DNA from: Podarcis liolepis
Taxonomy: Eukaryota
Reading direction: 5' to 3' (one strand)
DNA: 64,000 nucleotides
Assembly: GCA_965112155.1 (NCBI GenBank)
Contig: OZ218107.1
Every line of letters begins with the position of its first letter. Position 1 is the stretch's first letter. A program made the position numbers and the translations under genes. The notes beneath the pieces were generated by a model. That model had not been told where the DNA came from and ran no database searches. It saw only the letters and a list, made by a program, of their open reading frames with translations. Below are positions 13,696 to 26,209 of the stretch, one piece after another.

Positions 13696-15151
13696 GCAAT
13701 AGCTACCTTTTATTTGAAAGGTCATAAAAGGGTAGAAAAACAATTCCAACCCATGAAGTTAACCATACCACAATTTTGGAATATAACCTTTCGGTATTCC
13801 CCCCTCCCTCCCCTCCCCCTCCTTTTTTTACAAGATGTGATGCTTCATGTCAAAGACAGTATTCCATATCATAACTCATTTGACATAACTTCAGGTGATG
13901 CAAATTTTTATAACACTTGTTTCTCCTTTTACCCCTCCTCCAATATATTTCTTTTTCCAGACAATAATGACTTCAACCTGGAAAAAGGCTTACGGCTCAG
14001 TCAGAACTAGCCTAAATCTAACCTTCAGTTTGGAGTCTTGGATAATGAGGTAAAATATGTATTATTCACTCGACTACCTTTGGACTCAAATGACAAAAGG
14101 GAGTGAATATTCCAGGCCCAACACATTCTTAGTTTAGGAATCTCAAGAGACATTTTGCAACTGTGCTATTGCAGCTTGATTTTTGGACAGTGAGGAAGAA
14201 ATAATGATACTTTTCATGGATTTTAAAAGGTGTTTCTGTGGCTCTCTGGCAGCCTTAAACAAGTCTTAGCACTGGTAAATAAATGAACTGTTAAGCCACT
14301 TTAACATCTGAAAAATAAGCTGCAGGTCCATTATCATCCGAACATGTTTCACTCTTCCCAGTGTCAAATCTCTAGGCTGTAATTCTGAGGTAAGGTGAGT
14401 TTTCATTTCAACCTTTTCAAGTAGCTCCTTACAGAGCACTAAATGAAAGAAAACAGTTAATCTTAAACAAAAGAATATAAATAAATGCCACATGAGTGTT
14501 CTCGTGAATTAGTTTTGCTAATGCTAATTAGAATGCTCATTTGTCCAGAAAAAACCCCCCATGGCAGATGACTTTTGTTTGCAGTTGGATTTATCGCAAA
14601 GCATAATATGACAATCGTGTACACTAGAATCTAGTTTACTAGCCATTGCAATATCTGGATAATCTTCTAGTTCTAGTTATAAATGCACCACTCTTTTTTG
14701 CTTCTTCTTTCAGAGAAAAATGTCTGTCAAATACAAGTGTGGATACATGCTGGACTTCCCCACTGCTGTTGGATTCACAGCTGAGCAAAGTGAGGTAGCC
14801 TAGGTAATGTTATGTAGGCAGGGTAATGTCGCACATCAATAGAAGCCTCTTAAGTGCTTGTCAGGTGTAAATCAATGTCATCATTGACATGGGGAAGGAC
14901 CTTTGCAGAAATGCAATAGCTGTCGTGTTCAAAGGAACCCTTAACACCTCCTTTATTGACCCAACCCATGCCCCAAATGAACAGCCCTTGCTTGTTTTCT
15001 ACAAGGCACATCCACACATGACATGCGTACAGTAGGGCTGAGTGTAAAGGCTTGTCCACACTGGAACAAAATGTGAAATCCAGGCCAGTGCTGTCCCAGA
15101 CATTTCCCACTTTAAATAAGAACACACACACCCTGCCCCGATTCAGATTTC

Positions 15152-15218
15152 TAGAATCATAGAATCATAGAATCATAGAATTGGAAGAGACCACAAGGGC
15201 CATCGAGTCCAACCCCCT
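15152..15218 (-). mobile_element. CR1 LINE extreme 3' end
   Basis: (TAGAATCA)n tail plus ttggaagagaccacaagggccatcgagtccaacccc, shared with the 3' end of the CR1 at 19347. Confidence 0.85.
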
Positions 15219-15286
15219 AGGGATCGAAAGTCCCCATGTTTTAAGGCAGGGGGATCTGGGACAATAATGGGATGGGGAGCATGTCA

Positions 15287-15376
15287 CATGGCTGTCAACA
15301 TTTCCCTTTTTTAAAGGGAAATTCCCTTATTCCGAATAGGATTCCTCACAAGAAAAGAGAAAAGTTGACAGCTATG
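15287..15376. mobile_element. 90-bp MITE family D (TIR CATAGCTGTCAAC), probably hAT-derived
   Basis: CATGGCTGTCAAC...GTTGACAGCTATG; flanked by atgtca on both sides; subterminal sequence shared with 56154-56331. Confidence 0.8.
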
Positions 15377-16727
15377 ATGTCATGTTACTGGGGAGGCAGG
15401 CAAATGCAAACTCCACATTTTGCTCTGGTGTGGACAAGCCCTAAGAGTCAAATTACAAACAGGTCTAAGAAACACCTGTTTTCAGAACAAGTGGGTATGG
15501 AAAAGATGATGTGAAATGGAGAGAAGCAGAGAGAAGAGTTGCCTAAGCCTCCCCCCCCCCACTGCTTCTCATTACAAATCACAGTCTTGGGAACCCATCT
15601 GGGAGAAGCAGTTGGGAGCAGAGAAGTGGCTGGTGGAAAAGGGATCCTTCTGACACTTTCCTGCTCCATGTTGTCCCTTTTTGTGGAAAAGGAGTTACTG
15701 GGGAGTTGTTAAGCGTGTTTGAATGCATTGCCTAGTCTGATCTTCTCTTACGCTGTTGTACCGTCCAAGTTTGATAACGTACGAAAGGCTGGTTAAAGGG
15801 GTCAGTTGCAGATAATAAGTCAAAGACTGCTTTGAATCAGAGGTTTTCAGAACAGAACAAGTTACCACCTTCCCACAAATATGCCATCATAGGCATGCAC
15901 AGCACATCAGAGTGTTCACCCAGGGAATTTTTTTATTTAAAGGCAAACATTTATTGAATACATACTCATACTCAACCATATAGGACATTGTTTTCATTCA
16001 CCAAACAAACTAAAGAAACTCCCTGCCCTATACTTCGTTGGTTTCCATGGTTTGGCTGCCCACGTGTAGGACTCTGAGGGATTTCTGAAAGCCCTTGATC
16101 AGATAAAGGTAAACACGTGTCCTGCTCGCTAGATGCTGCAAGACAATCTTTTTCGAAGATGTGAGAATTCTCACTGCTTTGAATAAATGTGCACAGAAGC
16201 ATGTGACTCTTCCAAAAGCATAAAAGGGAAAACACCCTTGTAAATAATGCCAGCTATATACTGTCCATCAAAAGGATGTTTTAAGAGAAGATGGGTTTAA
16301 ACTGCAGAACCGAACACGGCCAGTTTGGAAAGGTTAACTTTGCTTGGCTAAGGTGATCCCTTCGGTGGTGGGTACTATTACTAAGATTCCGTAGTTATCC
16401 TCCGCACTGAATAAAAAAAAATATTCATGCCTTTAGGGGTTGTAGGGTCCTTGCTGTGATTTACATAACTTGCTGTCAGCTGGCATGGCAGACACCAATT
16501 ATAGGGAACTTTGGAAAGGCGCTACCTGTAGCTCTCAGTGGAAGCCATGTTTCTGTTGTATTAAATCTGTACAGAAATGACAGTGGGGGGAAAGGAGAAA
16601 AATAAATGGTGCTGTGAATGTTACAAGTAAACCTTTGGGAACAACAATGTAAGTAGGAGAGTGATACAGATAATGCGGTTTTGCTTAGTGTAGCACTGAA
16701 TACCCAAAGTCAGGAAAATGGAAATAC

Positions 16728-16765
<38 letters not shown>
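16728..16765. repeat. (AC)n microsatellite
   Basis: Directly visible. Confidence 0.95.
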
Positions 16766-16766
<1 letters not shown>

Positions 16767-17259
16767 CTATATATAATAGTCACTCTGCAATGTCAACTGT
16801 GCCAAGTAAATCCCTAGAAAGCTTAAAGGAATGTTACAATTTTGCTTAGAATGGAAAATAGGTTTGACTGGTCAGGTAATAAATTAACAAAAAAATAAGT
16901 TAGTTACAGGAGTCTGATAATTGCTAGGCATGTTGCAATATGTGTCCAAATAAGACACTGGATAGAAATTAATTTCACCCATGCAGATCTTAGAGCGGGG
17001 AACCAGGGCCCCCCAACTACTCATGGACTTGACACCTGATCATGGATCTACTTTCCAAGGAGCAGCCACTACCTGCTAGATCCACAGCCACATTTTCAGA
17101 TCCAGGTATCTTTTCTTCTCCCCTGCCTTGCTTCAGTCCATTGGCGCCATAAGCCAGTCCATTGGCTCATAAGACAATAAGTTGCTGAGTCCTTCCTCTG
17201 TTCCCTGAATAGTGCCATCAAGACCATGGCAATGAGGCAGAAAGCTCTTCCCAGTATAT

Positions 17260-17838
17260 TGTTATGAGTTTGTGGGTTCCAGACACACATAATTCCTTGC
17301 TTTAGTAAGTGTTAGAATTTAATCAATTATTGGAGAGTTAAACTGGAAGTCAGATTCTTAATAGCTGGACTCGGCTTCCTGAGTTCAGGAGATTTCCTGA
17401 GAGATGGGCCATTAACAGAGAAAAACACAGGGAGATGGGCCATTAGCAAAGCAATGTCTGTACCAGCTGGCAAATGGGTGGATCCCCTCCTGAGCTCTTG
17501 GATGGTTAGCATATAGAAATCAGAGTGGAGAACTTTAGGATCTCAGTTGGGGATGATATGGACTGGAGGAAAATAGTTGCAGTTGGTGGAATGCGGCAAG
17601 CTGGAGAGAGGATGCATATTTTTGAATCCAAGGCGGCTGTGGCTATGGGAGAAGCAAGAAGCTTTTATGGGTGTCAATGCTGTAAGCATCATATGCTCTG
17701 GTTGTATATATGTGTAAATAAACCATATATCATAAAGACACCCCAAGCTCCACTGTGCCTCATTCCCAAAGGAAACGCGAACCCTGAGTAAGAACACTGA
17801 AACATTGCACCACTTGGAAATTGGGGTGGCATGTAACA
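17260..17838 (+). mobile_element. Solo LTR, family L-B
   Basis: TGTTA...TAACA ends, 4-bp TSD ATAT, AATAAA near 17717; 3' part (aataaaccatatatca..aagacacc..gtgcctcatt.ccaaaggaaac) shared with the reverse complement of 22166-22668. Confidence 0.75.
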
Positions 17839-19346
17839 ATATCGTTCTAGACTCCTGCTTCAGGTTTATTGTTACAGCTGATAGGAAATAGTTCATTGTA
17901 CTTCTAAAATTATTGCCTGCCAGAGCTCTAGCCACACTCCTCACTCTTCTGAGGACTGCTTCATCTTTACTTTTCACCTTCTTTGGCCTACAATATCTCA
18001 TTGCATCCACTGGTTTTCTCGGGGTCTTCAGTACATTTTAATTCTACTGAAAAACTACAGAGGCACAGTACTTTTACCCAGAGTGTTTGGTCCCTTTCTA
18101 CCCAGCAGATCAACTAACTTTTTAAATAGAAAACTGGAGTTCTCCCTGACCTTGGAAAAGGCTGGAGAAATCTATTCTGATCTCCTCCCCGCCCCGCTCC
18201 ATGTTTATGAACGAGTCCTGGTGAGCTTTGCAGTCTAGGAGAACTAGAGGCAAATAATTTTATAGAGTGTTTTTGCATATATTATTAAGATTCAAGCCCT
18301 GATTCTCTCTCCCCCCCCCCACAAGAAAACATTATAAATAGTGTCTCAAAAACCTGTGATATCCACTTTGTTAAGTGTTGGGTTCAAGAGATTAAGGGCA
18401 ATGACTGGCATATAGTTCACTTTTATTTCCATCTCGCTGCAACCTCACATCGCTATACATCTGTTTTGTTGATTCAGAAGAGCACTTGAGCGCCTTTACA
18501 GTTGATTTTGACAAGTGCTACAATTTGATATGGGTAGATAATTCTTGCTGAGATGATTTCGAAGTACAGAAATTATAATTTTGAGTAGATATTACCTTTC
18601 TTTATGATCAGAAATTTCATGTAATATACTGTGCACTTAAGCATCTTAATCACATTTTTTCTCCCTCTCTCTTTTTTTTATATAAAAAAAATACATTACA
18701 TTATTTTCATCTAATCGAGCAAAGTATTGCAAATTAAAATATTGTTCTAAATATATCTGGGTCCCCTCCCCTTCCTCCTGCTTGGTGAAGAAGATCCTTT
18801 AAAGAAGAACAACAAAAAAGGAACATTAAAAATGTTCATTCCTAACCTTCTCTTCAAAACTATTTGGTTTGGGATTTAATTAAACAGTAAGACATGACAG
18901 ACTGTACAGGAGGGCTCATTAATGCACACCTTGGGTGCATTTCACCTCCTGCTTCTTGCACAGCTGAGGTGTGGATTAATCAGCGCTACCCCTTGGCCCA
19001 GAGCATTTATTGTGATTATAAAATGACCACTTGGAAAAAAAATAAAACAAAATGTTCCAACGCCAGGAAAGATCATCCATCATGCCTGATGATTAGGAGT
19101 TAAGAGCAACATTAAAAGGAAGAGGGGGGGCTGTTCATGTTTTATGCAGTGGTGCAAACAGAGTTTTCCTCATGTTTGGAAGAACTTTATGATTCTTCAA
19201 AAGCTTTTTTTGTTCAGTGGCAAAGCATAATCAAAGATGTAACAGGACAGCTTTGCATTAGATAGTGGTAGTATAGCGTATTCATCCAGAGTAGATGTGA
19301 TGGGAGAAGCCACATTTGTTTAATCATGTGCTCATCCCATTTATAT

Positions 19347-19688
19347 ATAGAATCATAGAGTTGGAAGAGACCACAAGGGCCATCGAGTCCAACCCCCTGC
19401 CAAGCAGGAAACACCATCAGAGCACTCCTGACATATGGTTGTCAAGCCTCTGCTTAAAGACCTCCAAAGAAGGAGACTCCACCACACTCCTTGGCAGCAA
19501 ATTCCACTGTCGAACAGCTCTTACTGTCAGGAAGTTCTTCCTAATGTTTAGGTGGAATCTTCTTTCTTGTAGTTTGGATCCATTGCTCCGTGTCCGCTTC
19601 TCTGGAGCAGCAGAAAACAACCTTCCTCCCTCCTCTATGTGACATCCTTTTATATATTTGAACATGGCTATCATATCACCCCTTAACC
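19347..19688 (-). mobile_element. CR1 LINE 3' fragment (ORF2 C-terminus and 3' UTR)
   Basis: ORF 19417..19674 MIAMFKYIKG...RTRSNGSKLQERRFHLNIRKNFLTVRAVRQWNLLPRSVVESPSLEVFKQRLD, typical of the CR1 C-terminus; ATGATTCTAT tail. Confidence 0.93.
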
Positions 19689-20101
19689 TATATAAAGCTG
19701 ACAGTGGGACTTATGCAGGTTCTTGTTTGTTTATATGGCTCTGGGCAACTATGCCTACAGGACTGCCTTTCCCCTACATGAACCTGCCCAGACCTAAGAC
19801 CATCATCTGAGGGCCTCCTCTGCAGTAGTTCCCTTTTTATAAAGTGCTCTCCCAAAGGAGGCCCAACTGGTGCTAACCTTGTCATGAAATGACAAGTGTC
19901 ATGCAAAGGTGGTTTTTTGGGTGCCACACAAAAGTGTTTTTTGTTTCTCCGGGCACTGGGTAGCACAACACGATACTGTACAGCTAAATCTGTTTTTACT
20001 ATGATTTCAGCATTGCAATTTTTTACTTTGGTTGTAAATAGCTTCAGGACTTTTGTGTGTGTTTGTGTGGAAAGCAATGTATACATATTCACCCACCCTT
20101 A

Positions 20102-20454
20102 AAAGGTAAAGGGACCCCTGACCATTAGGTCCAGTCGTGACCGACTCTGGGGTTGTGGCGCTCATCTCGCTTTATTGGCCGAGGGAGCCGGCGTACAGCT
20201 TCCGGGTCATGTGGCCAGCATGACTAAGCCACTTCTGGCAAACCAGAGCAGTGCACGGAAACACTGTTTACCTTCCTGCTGGAGCGGTACCTGTTTATCT
20301 ACTTGCACTTTGACGTGCTTTCGAACTGCTAGTTTGGCAGGAGCAGGGACCGAGTGACGGGAGCTCGCCCCGTCGCGGGGATTCGAACTGCCGACCTTCC
20401 GATCAGCAAGCCCTAGGCTCTGTGGTTTAACCCACAGCGCCACCCATGTCCCTG
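20102..20454 (-). mobile_element. Sauria SINE, full length
   Basis: tRNA-like head, Bov-B-like 3' end, ACCTTT tail; 13-bp TSD tcacccaccctta (20089-20101, 20455-20467). Confidence 0.95.
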
Positions 20455-21034
20455 TCACCCACCCTTACTCCGCTGAAAAATATTGGGAAATAGAACCAGT
20501 AGCAACAGTTCTCAGCTATATTGACCGAGTGGAAAGGAGGCAGCTTGATAATTACCTGTGTGTCAGCAGACTTGATCGGAGGCTCCAGATGTTCCTTCCA
20601 GAGGACTATGGAAACTGATCCATTTGAAAAAGAGAGAACTCCGCTTCGAGATTTGTAAGTTGAAAACTAGTAAAGTTCCCAGCTGTTGGTGCACCACCGC
20701 TGCTGCCCCACACCACAAATTTTCTCTCAAGAGGAATATAGCCCAAAGCTCAGAAAATGCTAAAAGGGACTTGTAGTAAAAGCTGCTCAATTGTGGAGAA
20801 GTGTTCATGCTCCCCAAAGAGCAGAACAGAGGGAGATAGTAGCTGGAGGGGTGGGAAACAACCATCAAAAGATAACAAAGGAAGGAGAGGGCTCAGAAAG
20901 CTGTGGGAATTGCAAGATGGTATGTACCAGGGAAAAGAAATTATTAGAGCAGCAGGGTGGAATGGCGTTTTGTTTTGTTTTTAAGAAATCTAGATCCCAG
21001 TCATGCCTCAACAATCAGGATCTGATCGCATAAA

Positions 21035-21250
21035 GCTAGTGTGGCGTAATGGTTAGATTGTTCCGCTATGACCTGGGAGAGAGCAGGGTTCGAATCCCTA
21101 CTCATCCATGAAGCTCACTGCGTGACCTTGGGCCATTCACCATCTCTTAGCCTAACCTGCTTCACAGGGTTGTTGTGAGGGTGAAATGGGGAGAAGGAGG
21201 ACCGTGTACACCACCTTGAGCTCCTTGGGCGATAAAGGTAGTATATAATT
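21035..21250 (+). mobile_element. tRNA-derived CORE/MIR-like SINE
   Basis: Box A TGGCGTAATGG, box B GGTTCGAATCC, CORE-like gtgaccttgggcca...cacagggttgttgtgagg. Confidence 0.8.
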
Positions 21251-22165
21251 TTTTAAAAATTATGGGAAGAGCTCCTCAGTAATGCAAGAAACTGTGTCAG
21301 TAAGAAAACTGCAAGCATGAACCAATGATACTGAAAAAGGTTTTAAATACATTGCAAATGACTTTAACTATACTGTTTAAATTACTTGACATTTATTTAT
21401 TTATTTTTAAAAAATATTGATTGAGAATTATTATTTTTTCTTGTCAAAATTTCAGGGGGGAAATGTTAAGACAGTGTATTGTTAATAATGATGATGATAA
21501 TTATTGATGTTGAATAATAATAATAATAATGTCCCAGAATTGACTTTGCTGGTTCTTTTTCCTCATAAAAGAACTGCACCCCGTGCTTTATTTGCTATTG
21601 TTGCTTTTTTTCTGAATGAACATAAAAATGATGAGCCAGCTTTTAGTGATTGATTCTTTTTGCACTGCACTTTGCTTTTTCTACGGAGTTTAGAGTGCAT
21701 AATTAAAATCATATCACTGATTTGTGTCCAGCTGGATTGTGCGGTGTGTGTGTGATTTTTTTTACTCGTGTGAATAATTTCCACGCAGATAAATAATCTT
21801 GCTGAGGTCCATTGGACTTCCCATAAGCAAGGGCAGCACGGGTAGTTAGTGTTTGTAAGATCAATCTTGGAAATAGCAACATAGAAGCAAAGCAATGCAC
21901 TGTAACTCATGCCTAGCTATAGATACATAATATATTGCTTTGAACGAAGTCTCCTCTTGTGTTACATTTGTATTCATATATGTCAAAAATGCAACGTTGG
22001 TTCTTTTTAAAATAAATTGGAAGCGCTAGTCTATAGTGTATGATTATTTTATTAACTGATAAATCAGCCAGCTCTCAAGGGCATGGGGGAAATAGATTTA
22101 TTTAATTTACAAATAAACTGTATCCATTCAGCATTTCCTTCCCTTGTTGGAAATGTATGTTGTAG

Positions 22166-22668
22166 TGTTGCTTGCCACTGAATCCCTTAAGCGGTGCAAG
22201 ATTCCTGGGGTTCCAGGTTTCCTTTTGGAAATGAGGCACGGAAGACACTGTGGTGTCTTTTTGATATATGGTTTATTTACCCATATATGCACTCTGAGCC
22301 TACAATGGGGTCCACAGCATCAGCACCCCAAACGGGTCTTGTTTCCCCCCTAGCCACAAACACACATCAAACATTGCCCTCAAATGCTGCTCTAGACACT
22401 CCAGCTTGTTGCTTTTTTACTCCAGGTCACATCACTCCTAAACACTAAACTCTGGCTTTTGTCCTCCTCACTACCTGTGAGCTGAGGTAGGGGCGCCACT
22501 CATTTGCCATCTCCCACAGAGTCCCTTCCTTTGTTCTCCTTACACCTCTCACCAGGAGGCTAGCCAGGCTATTCCAAAAATTAGAAGCCTCGGTTAGATC
22601 TTAAAACTTGCTGGATCCAGGGATTACAAGAGTCTGCCACCCAGTTTAACATCTGAAATCCCAGAACA
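22166..22668 (-). mobile_element. Solo LTR, family L-B (diverged)
   Basis: TG...CA ends, flanks gtag/gtac, similarity to 17260-17838; boundaries approximate. Confidence 0.65.
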
Positions 22669-22717
22669 GTACTAACAACCACAGGTGCTTACAGATGGTT
22701 AAGCATTTTCTCAGATG

Positions 22718-23071
22718 AGGTAAAGGGTAAAGGGACCCCTGACCATTAGGTCCAGTCGTGACCGACTCTGGGGTTGTGGCGCTCATCTCGCTTTATTGGC
22801 CGAGGGAGCCGGTGTACAGCTTCTGGGTCATGTGGCCAGCATGACTAAGCCACTTCTGGGGAACCAGAGCAGCACATGGAAATGCCGTTTACCTTCCCAC
22901 CAGAGAGGTACCTATTTATCTACTTGCACTTTGATGTGCTTTCAAACTGCTAGGTTGGCAGGAGCAGGCGCCGAGCAACGGGAGCTCACCCCATCGCAGG
23001 GATTCGAACCGCCGACCTTTTCTGATCGGCAAGTCCTAGGCTCTGTGGTTTAACCCACAGCGCCACCTGCG
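22718..23071 (-). mobile_element. Sauria SINE
   Basis: Near-identical to 20102-20454. Confidence 0.95.
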
Positions 23072-23144
23072 GTACTTCTTGACTCTTTTTAAACAATAGC
23101 ACACAAAATATGAAAGCGAGCACTTAACTGTGAGGGGCTTGAAG

Positions 23145-23430
23145 CAGTGGCATAGTGTGGGTTGCCAGTGCCTGGGGTAGCGGGCGCATTCAACTGCCTA
23201 ATGGCATCTGCGTCGCTCAGGAGAGTGTTGCTGCAGAGATAATAAAAGAAGAGTTGTCCCTTTGTCTGGAGAGCTCACTTCCTGGTCCGCATGGAGAAGC
23301 TGTTTTCAATGGAGCCCAGTGACAAAAGTGTGCAGCTGTATTAAGGCAGTAGCTGGTGTTGAAATTTTGCATCCCTAACAATTTTGCGCCCGGGGCAACC
23401 ACCCCTGTGCCCCCCCCCACTACATTAGTG
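23145..23430. mobile_element. Degenerate DNA-transposon-like element (CAGTGGCGTAG-type termini)
   Basis: cagtggcatagtg...cactacattagtg imperfect TIR with gc(c/g)cc.gggg subterminal motifs. Confidence 0.4.
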
Positions 23431-24039
23431 ATTAAATTCCTTTGGTCTTATGTTGCAGTTTTGTGCAAACAATGCTGTCAGGTACTATATTCAGTTCATG
23501 ATTGGCATACTTGGCCGTTGGCTCTCGTGAGTTGTCCCCTCATTCTCAATAAGGTTTTAAAATGTAGCTATTTTAATGTTGCGAAAGTGGTTAGGGCAAG
23601 CGATACCCAGAGCAAGGAGGGCCTGTCGATTACCCAAGCATTCTGCCAGATGATGTCATTGCTCCTAGTCTGGAAAAGTCCCCTCTGTTCCCTCTCCATT
23701 GCACCACCGGTTGTTTGACAGAGGCTTTTTTGGGTGTGTTCCACCAGGTTTCTAATATACTTAATATGTTAACTTTTAGGAGCATTTCCTCCTTTGTGTG
23801 CCTCTTCCATGTGAGGAAGATGTCTGGAAGGTGGCAACACAAGAACAGGCCTTGTCTGTGGTGGCTCCCCATTTGGGGAATGCTCTCCCCAGGGAGGTTT
23901 GTCTTGGGCCATCATTAAATAATTTTAAATACCAGGTGGTGCTATTTTCAACCAGGTCTTTGACTGGTTTACATTTTACAGCCTTTTAAATGTGTCTGTG
24001 GCAAGGAGGGCTATTGTTTTGATGTTTTGTTGTACTAAT

Positions 24040-24085
24040 AACTAATTAACTAACCAACTAACTAACTAACTAACTAACTAACTAA
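24040..24085. repeat. (TAAC)n tetranucleotide repeat
   Basis: Directly visible. Confidence 0.9.
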
Positions 24086-24487
24086 GCAAAGCTCCTCCAA
24101 ATGTCATTTTCATGTGTCGTTTCCCCCTGTGACTCTTTAGTCTTTTTTTAACTTACTGCCTCACATGCTCTTGTAAAAATGCATCTTGAGAAATCCAGGT
24201 ATATAGATACTTTCTGATTCCATAAGGAGTTGTGTGGTAAATAATTTGATTAATAATGGCCATGATCCAGCCCAGATAAACCACATTTACGTCCCAACAC
24301 ATGCTTATAGTGTCACATACTTCTTCCGAATTTAGAACAACTCTATGCCTCAGATCAGTACGGTATTTCTTTATGGATAGGTAGTCACTAACACCTGAGA
24401 ATTTAGCCAAAGAGTAAATGGGCATTTCATTTCAGTCTATATAGTCCGGTCCTCTGCTGAGTTAAGCTTGAGCTACTGTTTGTATTT

Positions 24488-24841
24488 GGGTGGCGCTGTG
24501 GGTAAAAGCCTCAGCGCCTAGGGCTTGCCGATCAAAGGGTCGGCGGTTCGAATCCCAGCGGCGGGGTGCGCTCCCGTTGTTCGGTCCCAGCGCCTGCCAA
24601 CCTAGCAGTTCGAAAGCACCCTCGGGTGCAAGTAGATAAATAGAGGTACCGCTTACTAGCGGGAAGGTAAACGGCGTTTCCGTGTGCGGCTCTGGCTCGC
24701 CAGAGCAGCGATGTCACGCTGGCCACGTGACCCGGAAGTGTCTCCGGACAGCGCTGGCCCCCGGCCTCTTGAGTGAGATGGGCGCACAACCCTAGAGTCT
24801 GTCAAGACTGGCCCGTACGGGCAGGGGTACCTTTACCTTTT
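24488..24841 (+). mobile_element. Sauria SINE, distinct CpG-rich subfamily
   Basis: Head GGGTGGCGCTGTGGGT, box B GGTTCGAATCC, ACCTTT tail, 14-bp TSD tactgtttgtattt. Confidence 0.93.
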
Positions 24842-25477
24842 TACTGTTTGTATTTATCTTGCTAATACACGTTTGGCTTCATTTGCTAATTCATACTAAC
24901 CGATTTAACGGCCATGCTAACAACATGGGATAAAGATAGTATAAACGATAAATCCTTATACCTCAGTCTGTAAACCATCCTCTAATTGAAGATTATTTCA
25001 TAAATGATATTTTCAGGAATATAGTTGCTGAAAGCCAGCGTGGGATTTCCTGGATATATCCAGAATAGCAAATGTAGCATAAGTGAGTGGTCTCCCTGTA
25101 CGTTTGTGGCATAATACTGCATTCAGGCAATGTTCTCCATTGGGCATAACCTGCCCTGTTCTCTGGCAGGAAGGGGGTGTTATTGAAGTCCTTGACTTTG
25201 AGGTTTCAATCAGGAAGCATGAGAGAGAGGTGCTTTATGTTTAATACTTCGTTTCCGCCATCCAAAAAGGGAGCCTGCATATCGTCCCTGTGGGAATACA
25301 TGTTGCTCTCCTCACACTGGGGAATGGAGAAGCCCAGTTAGCATCCAGCTTGTCAGTCTAGGCTCTTGGTTGTTCCTTTCTGGCTGTGCCCATACCTGCC
25401 CCACACTTGAAGTCATGTATGCTATCAGGTGTGTGACAGCGTTTGTGGGAAGTAACAACAACAACAACATTAGATGT

Positions 25478-26204
25478 TGTCAGGGGCTGGACTGAGGAGG
25501 AATGGTGGGGGCCGCCCCCCCTTCCTTGAACCTTCTCAAGAACAGGAGACCAGTATAGATTTAGAACAGTGGTTTGCAGAAGGGCACAGTTCAGAGGCTG
25601 CATAGGGGAGAAGCTGGGAAATATTGGAAGAGGAACAACAGGAAGAAGCTGCAGCAGGGGAGAGACAGCTAACAGACTCAGTGTTTTGGAAAGCATTCCT
25701 GGACATGCCCTCCCCCCAGGACCAGGCGTGCATTGAGGGTAGTAGAACAGAGCTCAGAGGGAGAAAGCTCAGATTAGCTAACACAGGGGTGACGTAGAAT
25801 AGGGGAGACGTAGGGGGGTGGGACTTTACTTGGAAGCAAGGCCATTATTTAGGGAAGGCTGCATTCCTTCGTTGCTTTCTGTGAATTATTGAATAAATTG
25901 TTTCGTAATACAGTGGTAAATCAGGTTAAGTACTTAATTCGATCCGGAGGTCCATTCTTAACCTGAAACTGTTCTTAACATGAAGCACCACTTTAGCTAA
26001 TGGGGCCTCCTGCTGCCGCTGCACCGCCGGAGCACGATTTCTGTTCTCATCCTGAAGCAAAGTTCTTAACCCAAGGTACTATTCCTGGGTTAGCGGAGTC
26101 TGTAACCTGAAGCGTACGTAACCCGAGGTACCACTGTAACTTTTATCGTTTCTCTGATTCTTGGCTGTCACCGTGGGAGGGATCGGATTCCCCGAACCCT
26201 GACA
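25478..26204 (+). mobile_element. Solo LTR family L-A (Gypsy-like), interrupted by a MITE
   Basis: TGTCAGGG...CCCTGACA 8-bp terminal inverted repeat, 5-bp flanks gatgt/gatct, AATAAA near 25892; homologous to 51514-52008. Confidence 0.85.
25911..26136 (+). mobile_element. TcMar MITE family A nested in the LTR
   Basis: TA|CAGTGGTA...GGTACCACTG|TA. Confidence 0.9.
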
Positions 26205-26209
26205 GATCT

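Noticed and set aside
21035-21110. tRNA gene (also 34021, 24488)
   Set aside because: Box A/B heads continue into SINE bodies; no complete cloverleaf
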